Part shown: positions 36,031 through 40,255 of the stretch, piece by piece | Numbering within the stretch: the stretch's first letter is position 1 | Layout: each line of letters opens with the position of its first letter | Origin: Chloroflexota bacterium | Lineage (GTDB): Bacteria; Chloroflexota; UBA6077; JAJPHF01 | Assembly: GCA_019686175.1 (NCBI GenBank) | Contig: JADGHJ010000002.1 | Location: 1-40,255 of the forward strand | Reading direction: 5' to 3' | Length of the DNA: 40,255 nucleotides | Program-made: the position numbers and the translations under genes | Notes under the pieces: generated by a model | Told to the model about the DNA's origin: nothing | The model's input: only the letters and a program-made list of their open reading frames with translations | Database searches by the model: none

Positions 36031-36795
36031 TCAGGCGGCGTTGGGCTCGCGCGCCAGCAGGCCGATCAGCTCGCTCGCCTGCCGCCGTGTCAGGGCCTCG
36101 AGCCGTGCGGCGCCCACGCGAGCGCAGGCGCGTGCCTCGTCGATTCCCGTGCGGCGCAGGTGGGCGCGAATGGCGCGGAGCTGCCCCTCGGTCGCCAGCG
36201 CGCCCGCCACGCCCGCTGGTGCGGGTGCGGCGCTGGCAGGCGCCTGTGGCTCGGGCCGGTTCACCGTCGCCTGGAGCGCCAGCTCGCCCTCCAGCTCCTC
36301 GGCCGATACCTCCCCGCCCCCGACCAGATCGGCCACGGCGCGGTTCTTGGCCCGCGTGTGTGCCACCGCGCGGACGTCGTGGTCGGGGTGCGCGAAGCGC
36401 CGCTCGCTGGAGGCGCAGGAGCCCACCGCGTCGGCGTAGCGGCCGTTCGGCGCGATCGCCCGGACCGTCACCTCCCAGACGAAGTAGCGCTGGTTCGGAC
36501 CGGGGCCCTCGCACTCGCGGCGTTCCTCGCGCAGCAACTGGTCGGAGATGCCGAACGCGGCAGCGATCTTCCGCCAGCCCGACTTCTTGATGCGGGCGCG
36601 CCCCTGGATCTCTTGATAGTCGTCGAGGGTCAGCAGGCTGCGCTTCAGCTCCTGGAACTGCGCCCAGGCGGCCAGCACCTCCTCGGGCGAGGCCACCGGC
36701 CGCAGCACCCCGCTCTGGGAGGCATCGGCCGGCACCAGGGTCGTGACGTCGTGGGGGGCCACCGAGTGCGCTTCGACTCGCTCCATCTCTTCCAT
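36031..36795 (-). CDS. Hypothetical protein resembling single-strand annealing proteins (Rad52/ERF-like)
   Basis: DDYQEIQG..IKKSGWRKIA...AHTRAKNRAVADLVGGGEVSAEE core, Ala/Pro linker, C-terminal ATEGQL...LTRRQASELI module. The CDS is solid; the function is inferred. Confidence 0.7.
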   Translation of the reverse strand: MEEMERVEAHSVAPHDVTTLVPADASQSGVLRPVASPEEVLAAWAQFQELKRSLLTLDDYQEIQGRARIKKSGWRKIAAAFGISDQLLREERRECEGPGPNQRYFVWEVTVRAIAPNGRYADAVGSCASSERRFAHPDHDVRAVAHTRAKNRAVADLVGGGEVSAEELEGELALQATVNRPEPQAPASAAPAPAGVAGALATEGQLRAIRAHLRRTGIDEARACARVGAARLEALTRRQASELIGLLAREPNAA

Positions 36796-36834
36796 CGCTC
36801 ACTCACTCCACTCTGCCGCGCATCGGCTGCCCCC

Positions 36835-36853
36835 ATTATAGCACAGATGTTCT
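36835..36853 (-). promoter_or_regulatory. LexA (SOS) box AGAAC-ATCT-GTGCT overlapping extended -10 TGcTATAAT
   Basis: One mismatch to the GAAC-N4-GTTC consensus of Firmicutes/Actinobacteria/Chloroflexota; abuts a perfect TATAAT 40 nt upstream of the ATG. Confidence 0.7.
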
Positions 36854-36886
36854 AGTAAGGCGCGGCCGTCGCCGCCGCCCGGCGGG

Positions 36887-37852
36887 CTAGCGCAGCAGCC
36901 GCTGGGCGTTCTGGTACTCGATCAGCGCTCGCTGCTCCGCCGTGAGCGGCAGCGCGTCGAGCACTCGCACCGTGCGGTCGATGTCGCCGATGGCGAACGG
37001 GTAGTCGCTGCCCAGGAGCAGGCGCTCGGCGCCCACCGTCTCCAGGGTGCAGCGCAGCGCGGGCAGGTGGTAGTTGGCGTTGTCGTAGTAGAAGCGGCGC
37101 AGGTACTCCGAGGGAGGGCGCGCGATGTGCCGCCGCGCCTCGGGGCGCGTCCGGAAGGAAGTGTCGATCCGATCCCACTGGAACGGGAGGTAACCGCCGG
37201 CATGGCAGAGGATCGGCTGCAAGTTGGGGCAGCGCTCGCACGTGCCGCTGTACACGAGTCGCAGCGCGGCCAGGCAGGTGTCCAGCAGGTAGCCCACCGC
37301 TGCGGCCAGGTCGTACTCCTGCATTGCCTCGATGCCGCAGGGCGCCATCGGGTGGATGAACAGGGCCAGATGGCGCCGGTTGATCTCGTCGAACACGGGG
37401 GCGAAGGCGGGAGTGTCGAGCGGCTGCTGCAGGACGTTGCCACCGATCGCCACCCCGTGCAGCCCCAGCTGGTCGATCCCCCGCGCCAGCTCGTCGAGCG
37501 CCGCGTCGACGTGCGGCAGCGGCAGGTGCACGTAGCCCTTGAAGCGATCCGGATAGCGGCGGCACGCTTCGGCCGTGCCGTCGTTGGCCGCCTGCGCCAT
37601 CGCCACGGCCGTGGCGCGGTCGGCGTGGTAGGTCTGCGGGATCGATACCGAGAGCACCATCAGGTCGACCCCGGCCCGCGCCATGTCCTCCAGGCGCGCG
37701 TCGATGTCGTACATCTTCGGGTCGACGCCGACTTTGGTCTGGAGGATGCGGTGGACCCCCTCCTCGACGCTATTCGCCGGCCGCGCGTAGGCGGCGGTGG
37801 CGACCTGGATGTAGTCGCGTGGGAAGTAATGGCCGTGGACATCGATGCGCAT
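36887..37852 (-). CDS. Amidohydrolase family (ACMSD-like non-oxidative decarboxylase/hydratase), 321 aa
   Basis: IDVHGH, FIHP, CHAGG, LLGSDYPF; ATG at 37852 with SD GAGAGGGG. Confidence 0.92.
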   Translation of the reverse strand: MRIDVHGHYFPRDYIQVATAAYARPANSVEEGVHRILQTKVGVDPKMYDIDARLEDMARAGVDLMVLSVSIPQTYHADRATAVAMAQAANDGTAEACRRYPDRFKGYVHLPLPHVDAALDELARGIDQLGLHGVAIGGNVLQQPLDTPAFAPVFDEINRRHLALFIHPMAPCGIEAMQEYDLAAAVGYLLDTCLAALRLVYSGTCERCPNLQPILCHAGGYLPFQWDRIDTSFRTRPEARRHIARPPSEYLRRFYYDNANYHLPALRCTLETVGAERLLLGSDYPFAIGDIDRTVRVLDALPLTAEQRALIEYQNAQRLLR

Positions 37853-38013
37853 CGTCGTCCCCTCTCGTCGTGGTGGGCCGAGCGGCCGCTGGCGTCCCGG
37901 TGTTGTAGCACGGCCAGCAATTGCTCGCCGGCAGGCTGCCGGGCCATAATCCCTCACCGCGCCGAGGGCGTACGCGGACGCCTACCCCGGCCACCACCGC
38001 AGGGAGAGTGGCG

Positions 38014-39561
38014 ATGAACCCCGGCCTGCGCGCCGTGCTCGACGTGCTCCAGGCGCACGACCAGCTACGCGTCGTCGACGACGAGATCGACCCGCGCTAC
38101 ATCTCCCCGCTGGTGGCGCGTGCCTCCCGCGCGGTGCTGTTCCGCCGCGTGCGTGGCTACGAGCTGCCCGTTGTCAGCGGCCTGCTGTCGGACCGTCGCC
38201 GCCTTGCCCTGTGCCTCGGAATGGAGGGTGCCGAGACCGCTCAGCGCCTGCGCCGCGCCATCGACCTGCCGATCCCGCCGGTCCTCGTGGCCGACAGTCC
38301 GGTGAAGGAGGTGGTGCTGACGGGCGATGCGGTCGACCTCAGCATGCTGCCGATCCCGGTCATGGCCGAGCGGGATGGTGGCCCGTTCATCGCCTCGGCG
38401 GTCGCCGTGGCCGAACACTCGGAGCTAGGGCGCAACGCGGGCATCTACCGGCTGATGTACCGCAACCGCAACACTCTCGGCATCGACATCGTGACGCCGA
38501 ACAACCTGCGCGCGCTGTACGAGGAGGCGAACGCCCGCGGCGAGGCACTGCCGCTGTCCATCGCCATCGGCGCCGCGCCGATCGAGATGCTCGCCGCTAC
38601 CTTCAAGGCGCCCGCGGGCGCCGACGAGCTGGCGGTCGCCGGCGGGCTACGTGGTGAGCCGCTAGCGCTGGTGCCGGGCGAGACGATTCCCGTAGCCGGA
38701 ATCGCCAACGCCGAGATCATCCTCGAGGCCGAGCTGCTGCCGGGCGGGCACGTCCACCCCGAGGGCCAGTTCGGCGAGTTCACACGGCTCATGGGGGGCG
38801 TGCATCGCAACCCGCTGGTGCGCGTCCGCGCGATCACCATGCGCCGCGACGCCATCTTCTACGCCCTGCAGATGCCCTGGGAGAACATCTACCTCGGCGC
38901 GCCGGTGTACGAGGCGGCTGCCTACCGTGTGCTACGTGAGGCGGGCGTGCGCGTCACGGCCGTGAACATCACGCCCGGGGGCTGCTGTCACTGGCACGTG
39001 GTGGCCGCGATCAAGGCCGCACCCGGCGACGGCAAGAACGCGCTGACGGCGCTGCTGTCGGTGGCGGACTTCAAGCACGCGATCGTCACCGACGACGACA
39101 TCGATATCTTCGATCCCGTCGAGGTGGAGTGGGCGGTGGCCACGCGCGTGCAAGCGGATCGCGACGTGGTGATCATCAGCGGCGCCCGCGCGAAGCCGCT
39201 GGACCCCTCGCTCCCCCAGACCGGCGGCCCGGTGGTGACGGCGAAGATGGGGATCGACGCCACCATCCCGCTCGGCGTGCCGCGCGAGCGCTACACGCGC
39301 ATCACCTACCCGTTCCTCGACCGCGTCGGGCCCGACGGCAGCGCGCCGCGGTCGGCGGCGACCACGAGCAGTCCCGAGGCCGCGCGGGCAGCGGTGCTGG
39401 ACGCGCTCGCCCCCGGCCCCCGCTATTATGTCGAACTGCTGGCCGTGCTGCCCTACGTCGAGTACCGCACGCTGGTGCGCGTGATCGGCGAGCTCGACGA
39501 GGCGGGGCTGGTCGGCCGCGATGACCAAGGGCGGCTGATCCGCCTCGCCGGCGCGCGCTAG
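38014..39561 (+). CDS. UbiD-family (prFMN-dependent) decarboxylase with C-terminal winged-helix-like extension (515 aa)
   Basis: DGGPFI, NAGIYRL, AEIILE, EGQFGEF, DDDIDIFD..VEWAVATR, LDPS, KMGIDAT; ATG at 38014. Confidence 0.92.
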   Translation: MNPGLRAVLDVLQAHDQLRVVDDEIDPRYISPLVARASRAVLFRRVRGYELPVVSGLLSDRRRLALCLGMEGAETAQRLRRAIDLPIPPVLVADSPVKEVVLTGDAVDLSMLPIPVMAERDGGPFIASAVAVAEHSELGRNAGIYRLMYRNRNTLGIDIVTPNNLRALYEEANARGEALPLSIAIGAAPIEMLAATFKAPAGADELAVAGGLRGEPLALVPGETIPVAGIANAEIILEAELLPGGHVHPEGQFGEFTRLMGGVHRNPLVRVRAITMRRDAIFYALQMPWENIYLGAPVYEAAAYRVLREAGVRVTAVNITPGGCCHWHVVAAIKAAPGDGKNALTALLSVADFKHAIVTDDDIDIFDPVEVEWAVATRVQADRDVVIISGARAKPLDPSLPQTGGPVVTAKMGIDATIPLGVPRERYTRITYPFLDRVGPDGSAPRSAATTSSPEAARAAVLDALAPGPRYYVELLAVLPYVEYRTLVRVIGELDEAGLVGRDDQGRLIRLAGAR

Positions 39562-39582
39562 GGGCCGTCTCGTGGCGGGGCG

Positions 39583-40254
39583 TCAGGACTGGCCGGCGGC
39601 CCAGTTGCGGATGATGCCCTGGATGTTCAGCGGTAGCCAGGCGTCGAACTCGGCCCAGCTCCCGTAGCGCGGCGCCAGCGCCGCTCGCACGGCCGCGACC
39701 ATCTCCTCGGAGTTGTCGGGCAGCCCCTGCGCCTGCGCGCTGCGAATCGCGGCGACCAGGTCCTCGGTATACTCGCGGACCTCGCGCACCGTGTCGCGGG
39801 AGCCGAGCGGGCCGTGGCCAGGCGCCAGGATGTCGAAATCGAGGTTCTGCTCGATCCAGCGCAGCGACTCGACCCACTCCTGCGGATAGCTGTCGGGCAG
39901 GTCGCGGAAGTGCACGGCGCGCACGGGAATGAAGTCGACGGCGAACAGCAGCCGCCGCGCCGGATACAGCAGCACCAGGCTGTTATCGGAATGGTTACGG
40001 CCCGTGTAGAGCAGCTCGACCCGGGTGCCGCCGAGGGTCAGCTCCAGGCGCTCGTCGACCAGGATCGTGGGCACGGGCGAGTCGGGGTCGTTGCGTGCGG
40101 CGATCTTCGGCGCGGCCAGGCGGTGCGCGACGAACTCCGCGGTGTCGGCGAACACGGCGCCGCCCTTGTTGTGGTCCTCGTGGTCGTGGCTGTACACCAC
40201 GTAGCGCACGGGCAGGTCGGTCACCATGGCGATGGCGGCGCGGTACATCTGGGG
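39583..40254 (-). CDS. MBL-fold metallo-hydrolase (5' end beyond window)
   Basis: YSHDHEDH, NHSD, FAVD, APGHG; frame is open to the window edge. Confidence 0.88.
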   Translation of the reverse strand, partial: PQMYRAAIAMVTDLPVRYVVYSHDHEDHNKGGAVFADTAEFVAHRLAAPKIAARNDPDSPVPTILVDERLELTLGGTRVELLYTGRNHSDNSLVLLYPARRLLFAVDFIPVRAVHFRDLPDSYPQEWVESLRWIEQNLDFDILAPGHGPLGSRDTVREVREYTEDLVAAIRSAQAQGLPDNSEEMVAAVRAALAPRYGSWAEFDAWLPLNIQGIIRNWAAGQS

Positions 40255-40255
40255 C

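Noticed and set aside
1140-39877. Numerous long overlapping Arg/Pro/Ala-rich ORFs in the track (e.g. 4442-6028, 6101-7486, 31597-33033)
   Set aside because: These are alternative-frame artefacts of high GC content overlapping well-supported genes.

Overview
Very GC-rich bacterial chromosomal segment. Gene content and a GAAC-N4-GTTC-type SOS box suggest Chloroflexota or a similar Terrabacteria lineage (inference). About 33 genes are supportable; no rRNA, tRNA, CRISPR array or mobile element was seen. Left part: a secreted Val/Pro-repeat protein, a membrane-anchored MutS-like ATPase, a cupin-LysR-(NrfC/NrfD fusion)-molybdopterin oxidoreductase unit behind a structured leader, a SsuA/NMT1-like lipoprotein, a CPA2 antiporter with a terminator-containing leader, rsgA and a GH65 enzyme. 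Middle: an RRE-like/M50 protease/2x cNMP fusion and glgC. Right part: a catabolic region with two xanthine-dehydrogenase-family Mo hydroxylases, a lone PaaA-like diiron protein, an isochorismatase, a PuuE-like deacetylase, an MFS transporter, a heme-oxygenase-like diiron enzyme, an amidohydrolase, UbiD and an MBL-fold hydrolase. The top finding is absent from the ORF track: a 73-codon frame at 34875-35096 with two in-frame TGA codons (G-U-F-R-N-U-S) followed by a bSECIS-like hairpin, i.e. a candidate novel double-selenocysteine (UxxxU) selenoprotein. Other highlights are a candidate cation riboswitch before the antiporter, a leader-peptide attenuator-like region, and a LexA-boxed SSAP-like gene. 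All family calls come from motif recognition by eye, not database searches.
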